Positions 10,169 through 19,730 of a DNA stretch of 64,000 bases are shown here, piece after piece. The DNA comes from an uncultured Selenomonadaceae bacterium. GTDB taxonomy: Bacteria > Bacillota > Negativicutes > Selenomonadales > Selenomonadaceae. The stretch spans positions 97,406 through 161,405 of the forward strand of contig CAJOHN010000008.1 of assembly GCA_905234235.1 (NCBI GenBank), in the 5' to 3' direction. The position numbers and the translations under genes are program-made. A model generated the notes under the pieces. The model was not told the origin of the DNA. It saw nothing but the letters and a program-made list of their open reading frames with translations, and searched no databases. Each line of letters starts with the position of its first letter. Positions within the stretch are counted from its first letter, which is position 1.

Positions 10169-10450
10169 ATGATTGTAAATAATGTGAACTCGCCGGCTAA
10201 ATTTTATTCAAATTCGGTGACGGCGACGAGATACGCCAATGCGGCAAGTTACGTTCGCGGCGTGCAAAAAAGCGACACGTTTACTCCGTCGGGGGAAGCG
10301 CAGAGTTTCAGCAAATTGCTAAACAAACTCAAAAGCGAGCCCGAAGTCCGCGAGGATAAAGTCAACGCGCTCCAAGAGAAAATTTCTTCGGGGCAATACC
10401 TCGTTTCGGCGGATAATATCGCGATGAGTATTTTGACGAATCGTTTCTGA
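10169..10450 (+). CDS. flgM: Anti-sigma-28 factor FlgM
   Basis: C-terminal KVNALQEKISSGQYLVSADNIAMSIL. RBS AGGTGGTGGA precedes the ATG at 10169. Confidence 0.8.
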   Translation: MIVNNVNSPAKFYSNSVTATRYANAASYVRGVQKSDTFTPSGEAQSFSKLLNKLKSEPEVREDKVNALQEKISSGQYLVSADNIAMSILTNRF

Positions 10451-10460
10451 GGCGGCGGAC

Positions 10461-10946
10461 ATGTGGCAAAATTTGATTGAAACGCTCGACAAGCTCGGCG
10501 AAGTTTACGACAAATTGGCGACGCTCGGCGAAAAAAAACGCGCCGCATTAGTTGGAATCGACATGCAGGGGCTTTCCGGCATTCTCGACGAGGAACAACT
10601 CTTAACGGCAAAAATTCAAAAGCTGGAACAAAAACGCCTCGAACTTCTCAGAGACTTGTCGAAGTCGGATAAAAACTTAACCGAGAAAACGCCCGCTAAA
10701 GATTTTTATCGTTCAGCTCCGTCCCGCGCTATAGAAAAAAATTTGATTCAGCTCCATAAACGCCTCAGCCAAAACGTCGACCGCGCTTTGACAATCCGCA
10801 ATAATAATCAAATTCTCGCGCAGTGTGCATTGGACGCCGTGCAGGGGCAACTTAATAAATTAAGCGGCGCGGCGGTCGAACCTACTTACAGCGGCAAGGG
10901 CGCGGGCGTCGTCACTCATCAGAAAAAATTCGACTTTAAGGCTTGA
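10461..10946 (+). CDS. flgN: FlgN-family flagellar export chaperone
   Basis: Position between flgM and flgK; helical with a Q/L-rich C-terminal NQILAQCALDAV...YSGKG...FDFKA pattern. Confidence 0.7.
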   Translation: MWQNLIETLDKLGEVYDKLATLGEKKRAALVGIDMQGLSGILDEEQLLTAKIQKLEQKRLELLRDLSKSDKNLTEKTPAKDFYRSAPSRAIEKNLIQLHKRLSQNVDRALTIRNNNQILAQCALDAVQGQLNKLSGAAVEPTYSGKGAGVVTHQKKFDFKA

Positions 10947-10956
10947 GGGCTTGGCT

Positions 10957-11415
10957 ATGGACGAGACGATTAAAATTTTGCGCGAACAAGCAATACTCTG
11001 CGCACATCTGCCCGAACTTTTCGACGCACTTATAAAAACTATGGAAAGCAATTCGCCCGACGTTCAGGAGCCGATTCGCAAGATTGAAGCGACAATGCGC
11101 GACATCTCTAAGAACGTGCAGAAGGCTGAAGAATTTTTAAAGAAAGTCAAAGCGACGTCGTTCGCAGAATATATCGCCGCGCAGGAAAAAAATATTCAGC
11201 GGGACGTGGCGGAGAAACTTTTAAAGAAAACAGCCGACGCTCAAAGCCGAGTCGAAAACCAAGTGGCGCAACTTAAATTGCTGCTTAAAAAGGGCAATGA
11301 TTACGTCACATTCAATCTGAACATATTATCGCGAACTACAACGAGCAATACTTACGGAGCAGAGGCGCGGACAGGTTCGCAACGGGCGCGGCGCATGTTC
11401 GAGGCTAATGTTTAG
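10957..11415 (+). CDS. Second FlgN-like helical protein (paralogue candidate)
   Basis: Same size and helical character, with a similar C-terminal pattern (NLNIL...TYGAEARTG...MFEANV). Lies directly upstream of flgK. Confidence 0.5.
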   Translation: MDETIKILREQAILCAHLPELFDALIKTMESNSPDVQEPIRKIEATMRDISKNVQKAEEFLKKVKATSFAEYIAAQEKNIQRDVAEKLLKKTADAQSRVENQVAQLKLLLKKGNDYVTFNLNILSRTTTSNTYGAEARTGSQRARRMFEANV

Positions 11416-11478
11416 GGGCTAGGATTCAGGGTTCAGGTGTCAGTACTGTCCCCCGACCCCTAACCTCTGACCACTGAT
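11416..11478. repeat. Inverted arrays of heptamers (GGGCTAG GATTCAG GGTTCAG GTGTCAG / CCCCGAC CCCTAAC CTCTGAC CACTGAT)
   Basis: 7-nt periodicity read directly. The G-rich left array is imperfectly complementary to the C-rich right array. Confidence 0.6.
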
Positions 11479-11498
11479 TAGGGAGAAGGGATTGAGTT

Positions 11499-13223
11499 AT
11501 GAGAGCAACATTTTCAGGGCTGAATACGATGGTGCGCGGCATTATGGCAAATCAACTGTCGCTCGACACCACAGGTCACAATATAACCAACGCCGGCACT
11601 GAAGGCTATTCACGCCAAACAGTCACTCTGGCGACGACTTACAGCGAGGAACGCGGCAGTTTACATGGTAGCGTACAGGTTGGCACCGGCGTCGACGCGC
11701 AGGCTGTTGAACGCGCTCGCAATATCTACGCCGACATTCAATACCGCAACGAAAATCCGTACCAAAAATATTACGAAACTATGTCTGTCAACTACGACAA
11801 AATCGAAACTATTTTCGACGACAGTAAAAATTTGGGTATCGAGGCGGCGTTGAATAAATTTTATCAATCGTGGGTTGACCTTTCTACGAATGCTTCAAAT
11901 TCTTCCTCGCGCACTCACGTTATCGAAAACGGCAGAAACTTAACCGATATTCTTCAAACGTCTGTCGCGGAACTTCAAGACCAAATCAAATCCGAATACG
12001 ACGATCTTAAATCCGAGCTTAAGGAAGTCGATGACATCCTTAACGAGATTGTTCAGTTCAATAAGCAGATTACCGCGCAGGAAGTCACGGGCGCGACTGC
12101 TAACGATTTACGCGACCGCCGCGATTTGCTTGTCGATAAGCTGTCCGATTATCTTAACATTTCCTTTACGGAAAACGAGTTCGGCTCTTATCAAATCAAT
12201 TCGGGCGGCATTACTCTTGTCAACGGCTATTCGCGGGCGCATTTGGAGATTAGCGACGGCGTTGATTCAAGTTATTTTGGTATCGATTACGGCATCACCG
12301 ACTACAACATAAAAATCGCCGAAAGTAATATGGTTTTCATACCGCAAAACGGAATTCTTAAAGCGCGTTTCGATTCAATCGCTGAGGACAAAGCTTATAT
12401 CGATAAGATGGCGGACATCGCAAGTTTCATGCTGACTGCGTTCAATGAACAGCACAAGCAAGGTTGGGATATGGACGGGCACAGCAAGAATGGCGAATAC
12501 GCAAATACCACCGTCCCGGATACGATTAATTTCTTCGGCGAAGGCTCAATCGAATATCAATACCGTTACGACGCCGAGAATAAGAAAAATTACCTCTACA
12601 AATTCGATGACACCTTGAACGAGGATAAAAAAACTTTGAGCGGCGTGCAAATTATCGCCGAGCTTGAAGTCAATAGCAAATTCAGCGAGAATCGCGGCGA
12701 CCGTTACATTGCGGCGGCGACGAGTAAACAATACAACGAGTTGACGGGCACTTGGGAGGACATGGCTTGGGATAAACGTACCGGCGACGGCACCAACGCG
12801 GTTTATCTTAGCGAGTTGTTCAATATCAGTTTGGACACGATTAACAGCGACGGCAAGGCAAATGCGCTTGTCTCGAAAAATTTTGTCCTGCGCGATTTGA
12901 AAGGCAATGTAATCCTCGACGCTAACGGCAATCAACAGCCCGCGACGGCTATCTCGACTTTAAGCGTTAATTCTTTTTATCAAAAGTCCATGTCGACTTT
13001 GGGCATTGACGCTCACTCTACCGATGTTAATTACGACGCAATGCAGGCGATTATGACGCAGGTAACTAATTGGCGCGATTCGATGTCGGGCGTTGATTGG
13101 AACGAAGAACTTACCAATATGATTAAGTTCCAAAAGGGCTTTGCGTCCTGTTCGCGTTGCTTGAATGCTATGGATGAAATGCTTGACCGCCTTGTTAATT
13201 CAACCGGCGTCGTCGGCAGGTGA
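11499..13223 (+). CDS. flgK: Flagellar hook-associated protein 1 FlgK
   Basis: N-terminus MRATFSGLNTMVRGIMANQLSLDTTGHNITNAGTEGYSRQ and conserved C-terminus EELTNMIKFQKGFAS. Confidence 0.9.
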   Translation: MRATFSGLNTMVRGIMANQLSLDTTGHNITNAGTEGYSRQTVTLATTYSEERGSLHGSVQVGTGVDAQAVERARNIYADIQYRNENPYQKYYETMSVNYDKIETIFDDSKNLGIEAALNKFYQSWVDLSTNASNSSSRTHVIENGRNLTDILQTSVAELQDQIKSEYDDLKSELKEVDDILNEIVQFNKQITAQEVTGATANDLRDRRDLLVDKLSDYLNISFTENEFGSYQINSGGITLVNGYSRAHLEISDGVDSSYFGIDYGITDYNIKIAESNMVFIPQNGILKARFDSIAEDKAYIDKMADIASFMLTAFNEQHKQGWDMDGHSKNGEYANTTVPDTINFFGEGSIEYQYRYDAENKKNYLYKFDDTLNEDKKTLSGVQIIAELEVNSKFSENRGDRYIAAATSKQYNELTGTWEDMAWDKRTGDGTNAVYLSELFNISLDTINSDGKANALVSKNFVLRDLKGNVILDANGNQQPATAISTLSVNSFYQKSMSTLGIDAHSTDVNYDAMQAIMTQVTNWRDSMSGVDWNEELTNMIKFQKGFASCSRCLNAMDEMLDRLVNSTGVVGR

Positions 13224-13230
13224 TTTTAGG

Positions 13231-13336
13231 GATTAGATTAAAAGATTAAAAGATGAAAAGTGGACAGGGAAAACCCTGACCCCTGACACCTAGTCCCTGA
13301 ACCCTTTTAATCTTATAATCTTTTGATTTTAAAAAG
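13231..13336. repeat. Long AT-rich palindrome (24-nt arms 13238-13261 / 13304-13327) enclosing the heptamer array CCCTGAC CCCTGAC ACCTAGT CCCTGAA
   Basis: Arms match at 21 of 24 positions by eye. The core has a CAGGGaaaaCCCTG mini-hairpin plus 4 heptamers at 13274-13301. Confidence 0.6.
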
Positions 13337-13347
13337 GAGGAATTAAC

Positions 13348-14724
13348 ATGGGTGTAAGAATCGGCAGTATGCACTTCATGTATAACTATCAAAACTCGCT
13401 CAATAACGCCTATCAACAGCAAAATAAACTTTTCGAGCAGGCAGACGGTTCATCACTGCACCGCGCCAGCGATAACCCGATGAATTATTCCAAACTCTTG
13501 CGCTACAACGTCAGCGAAAACGAAAATAATCAGTACCGCGAAAACATCAAGACGGCGACCTCTTGGATGAAAAATTCCGATGACGTTATGATTCACATGA
13601 CCGAAATGATGCAGACGTTGAAGGAGAAATCCGTTCACGCGGCGAATGCTGACCCTGTTGAAGACGATTACTCCGCAATTCATAAGGAAATGTTCGCGCA
13701 CATGCAGGAATTGGTTTCGGTAGCGAACTCGCAACTCGGCGACAGATATTTATTTTCGGGGCAAAGAGATTTGGTTAAGCCTTTTGAAATGACGACTGAA
13801 CTTCACGATCGCGGCTTGCCGAAAAATCTTGACGTTTCACAATCGGCTTTCTTCAAGGGCACCGACTCCGACTACAACACCGAACTTTTCCAAATGTTGG
13901 CGGTAACTGGCGAGGACGGCAATACTTACTACCTCGAAACCGACGGCGGCAGATTCACGGATACAAGCGATGTTAAGTTCAATCTCTACACAAAAGAATT
14001 CGTCGACGAAGGCTATAAAGATTTAATTGCTCGCGGTTTCAGCAACATTAAAGAGGCGGAGGAAGCCGCTAACAACGGCAATACTGAAATTAAAAATCTC
14101 CTCGACGCGGGCAGAATAAAAGACAACACCCTTGATTTCCAAGTGTCCGATTACTTCACGAATCAAGGTTTGCTCAAAGGCGACACCGGCATTGAAATTA
14201 ACGGCAAGAATTATACTTTTCAGACGACCCAGCAAAATATCGTGACTTACAACGGCGATAATAATCTTATTTCAATGGTTAAGCTAAACGGCGCGACCGA
14301 TCCCAATGCTGATACCGTCAACTCTACGGGCGCGGGAATGTTCGGCAGAGATATTTTCGACAATGACGCCTCTGGCAATACCGCTTCCGGAACTGCCATG
14401 CTTAATGAACTCTTCTGCGTTTGCTCCAGAGTCAACGATTCCGATGTTCATTGGATGTCCTCCGACGGCGTCACCGTTGCAGATGTTGCCCACTCAACTA
14501 TGCTTGTTCAAGAAACTAAAATCGGCGCACGCCAGCAACTTTATAACCAAGTCGAGACAATGCTTGACGCCCAAGCCGATAATATCACTGAAGACATCAC
14601 CAACGTTAGCGGCACGGACGTTGCGCAACTCGCCACTCAACTTATGCAACAGACTGCGCTTTATAATCTGGCGTTGTCGCTTGGCGGGAGAATCCTTCCC
14701 CAATCACTTGCCGATTATCTCTAA
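13348..14724 (+). CDS. flgL: Flagellar hook-associated protein 3 FlgL
   Basis: Flagellin-like N-terminus (LHRASDNPMNYSKLLRY) and C-terminus (LATQLMQQTALYNLALSLGGRILPQSLADYL). Confidence 0.85.
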   Translation: MGVRIGSMHFMYNYQNSLNNAYQQQNKLFEQADGSSLHRASDNPMNYSKLLRYNVSENENNQYRENIKTATSWMKNSDDVMIHMTEMMQTLKEKSVHAANADPVEDDYSAIHKEMFAHMQELVSVANSQLGDRYLFSGQRDLVKPFEMTTELHDRGLPKNLDVSQSAFFKGTDSDYNTELFQMLAVTGEDGNTYYLETDGGRFTDTSDVKFNLYTKEFVDEGYKDLIARGFSNIKEAEEAANNGNTEIKNLLDAGRIKDNTLDFQVSDYFTNQGLLKGDTGIEINGKNYTFQTTQQNIVTYNGDNNLISMVKLNGATDPNADTVNSTGAGMFGRDIFDNDASGNTASGTAMLNELFCVCSRVNDSDVHWMSSDGVTVADVAHSTMLVQETKIGARQQLYNQVETMLDAQADNITEDITNVSGTDVAQLATQLMQQTALYNLALSLGGRILPQSLADYL

Positions 14725-14863
14725 TCTTTGAAACTCTAAAAGTCTTATCCTGCAGGCGTCAACGAGTTCTCCGTTGTCGTCTATTGGTGTTTTCGGGATT
14801 TTTATTCTCGGCAAAAATTTCGGACTCACGGCAGGAAATTTTATGGAAAGGAGGGAATTAGCC

Positions 14864-15445
14864 ATGATGGTGAGGTTAAATACTCGACATGAATTGCCGC
14901 AGATAGCGATGAGGCAAACGCACGCGAGGCTTGACGAATCGGGAATAGTTCAGCCGCAAATAAGAGGCAGGAATCAGCAAGCGCGCTCGAATCAAACCGT
15001 TACTCAACCGAGCTTGTCGTTGGATAGCTATCAAAGCAGAAGAGCTTACGGCTTCAGGAAACACGGAGACTTAGCGGCGGAACGCGGGCAAAAAGGTATC
15101 TCCGACGCCCAATCCGCTACCAGTCGACGCACGCAGGAGGCTTGGGCAAGTGCCACTAACGGCGCAAAACGCGGCAATGACGTTGTCCAAAGAGTTAAAG
15201 CCGACATCTTCTCTGATTATCAAGCGCGACCGGTTTTCACGACCGCCGCCATTCCAGACCCGCAAGTGCAGGGTTATCAAAGTGAAGTCGTCGGCGAGCC
15301 GGAACTCAGTGACATTTCCGTCGATATTGAAACCGCGCCAAGCGCAAGGATTCATTATACGCCGGGCAGTGTGGAAACTTATCTTCAAAACGAAGGCTTT
15401 ATCCGCCACTGGGTTTCGATGGATCATTACGACATCTACGCCTAA
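14864..15445 (+). CDS. YviE-like (DUF6470-like) flagellar-locus protein
   Basis: Position between flgL and fliW as in Bacillus. LPQIAMRQTHARLD...QPSLSLDSYQSR pattern. ATG at 14864 sits 8 nt after AAAGGAGGG. Confidence 0.5.
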   Translation: MMVRLNTRHELPQIAMRQTHARLDESGIVQPQIRGRNQQARSNQTVTQPSLSLDSYQSRRAYGFRKHGDLAAERGQKGISDAQSATSRRTQEAWASATNGAKRGNDVVQRVKADIFSDYQARPVFTTAAIPDPQVQGYQSEVVGEPELSDISVDIETAPSARIHYTPGSVETYLQNEGFIRHWVSMDHYDIYA

Positions 15446-15499
15446 GCCGAGAAAATAGTTTTTCAAGCTGTCGGGGGAAGTTCAAAGGAGGAAAGTTGT

Positions 15500-15949
15500 A
15501 TGCGTAAAATTTACACCAGCAGATTTGGTGAGCTTGAGGTTGATGAAAAGAAAATCGTTTATTTCAAGGACGGCATCCCCGCGTTCGAGACCGAGCATGA
15601 ATTTGTTATCCTGCCCTACGAAGAGGAAAGCCCCTATTACTTCATGCAGTCGCTCAATACGCCGGATTTGGCTTTCTTGCTGACGATTCCTTTCCTTTTC
15701 TTTAACGACTATTCGTTTGAGATTGATGACGATACGGTTAAGGAACTCGACATTAAAAACCAAGATGACGTGTTCTATTATTCAATGGTTACAATCCCGA
15801 ACGGATCCATTCGTTACATGACGGCGAATCTTCTCGCCCCAATCGTCCTCAACGGCGAAAACATGCGTGCGAAGCAAGTCGTTTTGGAAAAGAGCACCTA
15901 CACGACGAAGCATCGCCTCTTCCCCGATTCTGCTAAAAAGGAGGGATGA
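15500..15949 (+). CDS. fliW: Flagellar assembly factor FliW
   Basis: FGELEVDEKKIVYFKDGIPAFE...FVILP...PYYFMQS; located immediately upstream of csrA. Confidence 0.9.
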   Translation: MRKIYTSRFGELEVDEKKIVYFKDGIPAFETEHEFVILPYEEESPYYFMQSLNTPDLAFLLTIPFLFFNDYSFEIDDDTVKELDIKNQDDVFYYSMVTIPNGSIRYMTANLLAPIVLNGENMRAKQVVLEKSTYTTKHRLFPDSAKKEG

Positions 15950-15953
15950 TTCA

Positions 15954-16181
15954 ATGCTTGTCTTGACGAGGAAGCCTCGTCAGCAGATAATGATTGGCGA
16001 CAACATCATCATTAACGTCGTGGAAGTGCAGGGCGAAAACGTGCGTATTGCGATTGATGCGCCGCGTGACATCAAAATTTATCGCGGCGAAATCTATCGT
16101 GCGATACAAGAGGAGAATCAAAAGGCGGCTCAAAAGTTGGACGTCGATTTACACGGCGCGTTGCCGCTCAAGGAGATTTAA
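15954..16181 (+). CDS. csrA: Carbon storage regulator CsrA
   Basis: MLVLTRKPRQQIMIGDNIIINVVEVQGENVRIAIDAPRDIKIYRGEIY. Confidence 0.92.
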   Translation: MLVLTRKPRQQIMIGDNIIINVVEVQGENVRIAIDAPRDIKIYRGEIYRAIQEENQKAAQKLDVDLHGALPLKEI

Positions 16182-16203
16182 TTACAAAGGAGTGTGTTTT
16201 ATC

Positions 16204-16635
16204 ATGGTAGGGAAAGTAAATGAGATGGTCACGGCGGCAGTCGTTGTAGACTCGGCTTCAAAGACGCAACCGGTCGGCGAACAGGACTTCGCGCAAGTTA
16301 AACCCGTGCAAGTTAAACCCGTCGACGCAAAACCCGCAGACAAAATCTTGACGCCCGCAGAAGAACAAGAGCAGAAGGAAAAAGCCTCCAGCCTGCAACC
16401 CGGCACAATGTCGGAGGAAACTGTCAGCCAGATGACGGAAACTTTCAACGAGCTCATGGACAAGATTAACTGCGATGTCGAATTCAATTACAATCGTAAA
16501 GCCAATATGTTCAACGTCAAAATGATCGACAAGAAAACCAACGAAGTTATCAAGGAATTCCCGCCCGAAGAAATGATTGAGAATATGATTAAGGCTAAGG
16601 ATTGGTTGGGCGCATTCATTGACAAGGCAATTTGA
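16204..16635 (+). CDS. flaG: FlaG family flagellar protein
   Basis: C-terminal VEFNYNRKANMFNVKMIDKKTNEVIKEFPPEEMIENM. Confidence 0.8.
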   Translation: MVGKVNEMVTAAVVVDSASKTQPVGEQDFAQVKPVQVKPVDAKPADKILTPAEEQEQKEKASSLQPGTMSEETVSQMTETFNELMDKINCDVEFNYNRKANMFNVKMIDKKTNEVIKEFPPEEMIENMIKAKDWLGAFIDKAI

Positions 16636-16663
16636 ATCGACGCCCGTCTAAGGAGGGATTAAC

Positions 16664-18863
16664 ATGGGTGTCAACGGAATTTACGGCTTGTCGGGTTCGG
16701 GTATGGACATCGAGTCGATGGTTAAAGTCGGCATGATGAGCAAACAAAACGAATACGACAAGATGGCGCAAAAATACACTAAGAACGAGTGGATGAAGGC
16801 TGATTATATCGAACTCAGCAATAAAATCACTACGTTTAATTCGTCGTCTCTCTCGCAATACAAAATGTCGAATACCATGAACGCCAAAAGCGTAGAAAGT
16901 TCCAGCGCGGCTTCGGCTGACCTTATGAATCACAGCGTTGATGTCTTGAGCCTCAGCTCCAACGCTTATCTCGTCGGCACAAACACCATGAAACGCTACG
17001 CCATCAACGGTGCGTCTTCGGCAGACCAAACGAGTATTAGGCTTGCCGATGTGTTGTTTAAGGAACTCGATGTAACGGGCGGCTACGTTTCCGGTAGGGT
17101 TGCGCCTTCGGATATGGCAGACGACGACCGCGACGATCCAAACTATACGGCGGCAGATGGCAAAAGAGTCGGTGTCGCTTGGCAATTCGGCAAGGCAGAC
17201 ATAGTTCACACTTCCATTGACGACATAGCGACGCATTGGGAAAAATATAACTCAGCGACGGGGCAATGGGAAACTGCTGATCCGCTTTCTTCCTCTTCAA
17301 ATAGAACCAGTTGGGTTAATAGTCAAAAGGCAGATGCGCAAAATGCTCTCGGCTCTGAATGGCGACATGCGTACAGTGCCACTTATGGAATTGACGAATG
17401 GCGCACCAAAAATTCGAGCGGCAATTTTCAATCAACCGCAACCGACCCTGCGTCGATAGATGAAACCACGTGGAAAAACTTCCTTGCAAGTCAGAATAAG
17501 CAAACTGAATGGAGGCTTGTTGCGGACGGGAAACGGACTGAAACCGCCGCCGCACTTAGCAATATTGATGTTAATGCTGACGAACCTAAGGCGTTTTCGT
17601 TTACGCTTTCTGACGGTGTGACAACCAATGATGACGGCACTTTAAAGGAAGTAACAATCAGCTACAGCTACAAACAGTTGCTTGGCGACGGCGATACGGA
17701 TGGCGTTACGTTCAACGATTTGGTTAGGGAAATAAACAACAGCGGTCTGAATATCAAAGCCAATTACGACGCGGATCACGACAGGTTTTCCTTCTACAAC
17801 TCTAAGAGCGGCGACGAAAACGGCATAATAATCAAACTTGATGCTGACGACGGCTACACGGGTACACGCGCCTCTATGGTTGCCAGAAATTTCTTTAACA
17901 ACATGGGGCTTTATCAGTCTAGGAACGGCGAGCTTTACGGGCACGATGATAGCGGTAATGTTGTTGCGGCAGAAGAAGCCGATAAGCAGACTTTGAAGTT
18001 TAGCGTCGGGCGCAGCAATGACTTCATGGGCGAGAACGGCAAAATTAAAATCGACGGCGTCACATACAACGATGTTGTCGATAACAAACTCACCGTCGGC
18101 GGCATAACTTACACTGCGCTCCTCCGCAGGGAATGTTACAGGCAGTACTCCCGCGACCGTCTCCGTTTCGCAGGACGTTGACGGGATTGTCGACAAGGTT
18201 AAAAGTTTTATCACGGATTACAACAAGCTCCTCGCGAGCCTTTACGAGAAATACGACGAAAAGCCCGATTCAAATTACAAGCCGCTTACCCAATCGCAGA
18301 AAGACCAAATGAAGGAAGAACAAATTACCAAGTGGGAAGAAAAGGCTAAGAAGGGCTTGCTTTACCACGATCAGACTCTCGGAAAGATTATCATGAACAT
18401 GCGTAGCGCGGTTACTGATACTGTCGAGGGCGTCGATAGCAAGTACAATTCGGTTTTCAGTCTCGGTGTATCGACAACGGGCATTAAGGGGCAGTTGGTT
18501 CTTGACGAGGACAAACTCAGGAAGGCTCTCTCGGAGGATTCGGAGGCGGTTTATAACGTCTTCGCGAAACTTGATTCCGAAAACCTTAACGACTCGGCAA
18601 AAAGCGGTGTGGCGCAACGTCTCGGCGATATTTTCGTCAGCGCGACTAAAACTATCAAAGACCGCGCAGGTTCATCGTCCGACATTACTGAAGACAGCGA
18701 TTTGAACAATCTCTTGCGCAACCTGCAGACGAAGATGAGTAACTTTAAAAAGCTTATGTCTTCGTTTGAAACCGCGCTGTATAAAAAGTATGACGCAATG
18801 GAATCGACGCTCGCCAAACTCGGCACGCAATTAAATTACGTCATGGGTAGCACAGGGCAATAA
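16664..18863 (+). pseudogene. fliD: Flagellar filament cap FliD, reading frame broken near 18114-18123 (N-part 16664-18181, C-part continues in the other frame to 18863)
   Basis: FliD N-domain (GLSGSGMDIESMV) is in one frame. A continuous FliD C-domain (SSAGNVTGSTPATVSVSQDVDGIVDKVKSFITDYNKLL...) is in another frame that opens right after TAA at 18105. Confidence 0.8.
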
Positions 18864-18891
18864 GAATTTTTTTGAGGAGTTGGTTTGAAAT

Positions 18892-19296
18892 ATGGTCAAT
18901 GCGGCAGAGGCATACAGACAGCAGAGGATTTTGAACGCGCCGCCGGAACATTTAACGCTTATGCTGTACAACGGTTGCCTGAAGTTTATTGATGACGGCA
19001 GAGCGGCTCTTGAGGTTAAAAACTACGAGGAAGCCAATAACCAATTGCAACGCGCACAACGGATAATTTCCGAGTTTCGCTTGACGTTGAACTTCGACTA
19101 TGACATTTCGCATCAGTTACTTCCGCTTTACAATTACGTTTATGACAGATTAGTTGAGGGGAATATTAAGAGCGATTTGGCGCAGATTGACGAGGCAAAG
19201 GGGATTATTACGGAATTGCGCGACGCTTGGTTCCAAGCAATGAAGACTGCACGAATCGAGAAGGGCGAAGGCGCAGGCGGCAAAGGTTATGCTTGA
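18892..19296 (+). CDS. fliS: Flagellar export chaperone FliS
   Basis: AYRQQRILNAPPEHLTLMLYNGCLKFI...LYNYVYDRL. Confidence 0.9.
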   Translation: MVNAAEAYRQQRILNAPPEHLTLMLYNGCLKFIDDGRAALEVKNYEEANNQLQRAQRIISEFRLTLNFDYDISHQLLPLYNYVYDRLVEGNIKSDLAQIDEAKGIITELRDAWFQAMKTARIEKGEGAGGKGYA

Positions 19297-19660
19297 TGAA
19301 AAAGAAACCGTTGACGCGGAGGAAGTTTTGAATCAAGCGCGGATTCTTTGGCGGAAGTATTTCACGCTGACGAAGGAACTTCTGAAGTTCAGCGACCAGA
19401 AAGACAGCGATTTATTCATGGAACTCGTCGACCAACGCGGACGGCTTATCGAGAGGATGAAGGCGTTACCCGAAAATAATTATCGCGAATCCGAAGAATG
19501 CAAGGCGATGATTGAGCAGATAATTCCGATGGACAAGCAGATAATATATCGGGCGAAGGCGTGGCTGAATAAGTCGCGGCGACAAAACAGCGCGGTTCGT
19601 TCTTACGATTTGCTGGAATCGGCGGGGTTGCGCGGGACGGTTTTCAACAGAAAATATTGA
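19289..19660 (+). CDS. FliT-like small helical flagellar protein
   Basis: Overlaps the fliS stop. Helical, 123 aa, at the usual fliT position. No strong motif. Confidence 0.45.
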   Translation: MLDEKETVDAEEVLNQARILWRKYFTLTKELLKFSDQKDSDLFMELVDQRGRLIERMKALPENNYRESEECKAMIEQIIPMDKQIIYRAKAWLNKSRRQNSAVRSYDLLESAGLRGTVFNRKY

Positions 19661-19674
19661 CGGAAAAAATTAAA

Positions 19675-19706
19675 AGACTGGTGGAGTTTTTCACCGGTCT
19701 TTTTTT
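19675..19706 (+). terminator. Rho-independent terminator of the flagellar operon
   Basis: AGACTGGTG/CACCGGTCT stem followed by T6. Confidence 0.7.
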
Positions 19707-19730
19707 ATCTTAACTTTTATGTTTGAAAAA

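Noticed and set aside
11411-13231. Telomere-like TTTAGGG/TTAGGG motifs at 11411-11418, 11477-11482 and 13225-13231
   Set aside because: They are isolated single units at the edges of the heptamer arrays, not tandem telomeric repeats. I treat them as coincidental.
14774-14863. Upstream TTG-initiated extension of the yviE-like ORF. Similar N-terminal ORF extensions occur at 4098, 15867, 15994, 23091, 25940 and 47944.
   Set aside because: In each case an internal ATG with a properly spaced Shine-Dalgarno sequence matches the conserved protein N-terminus. The extensions are ORF-caller artefacts.
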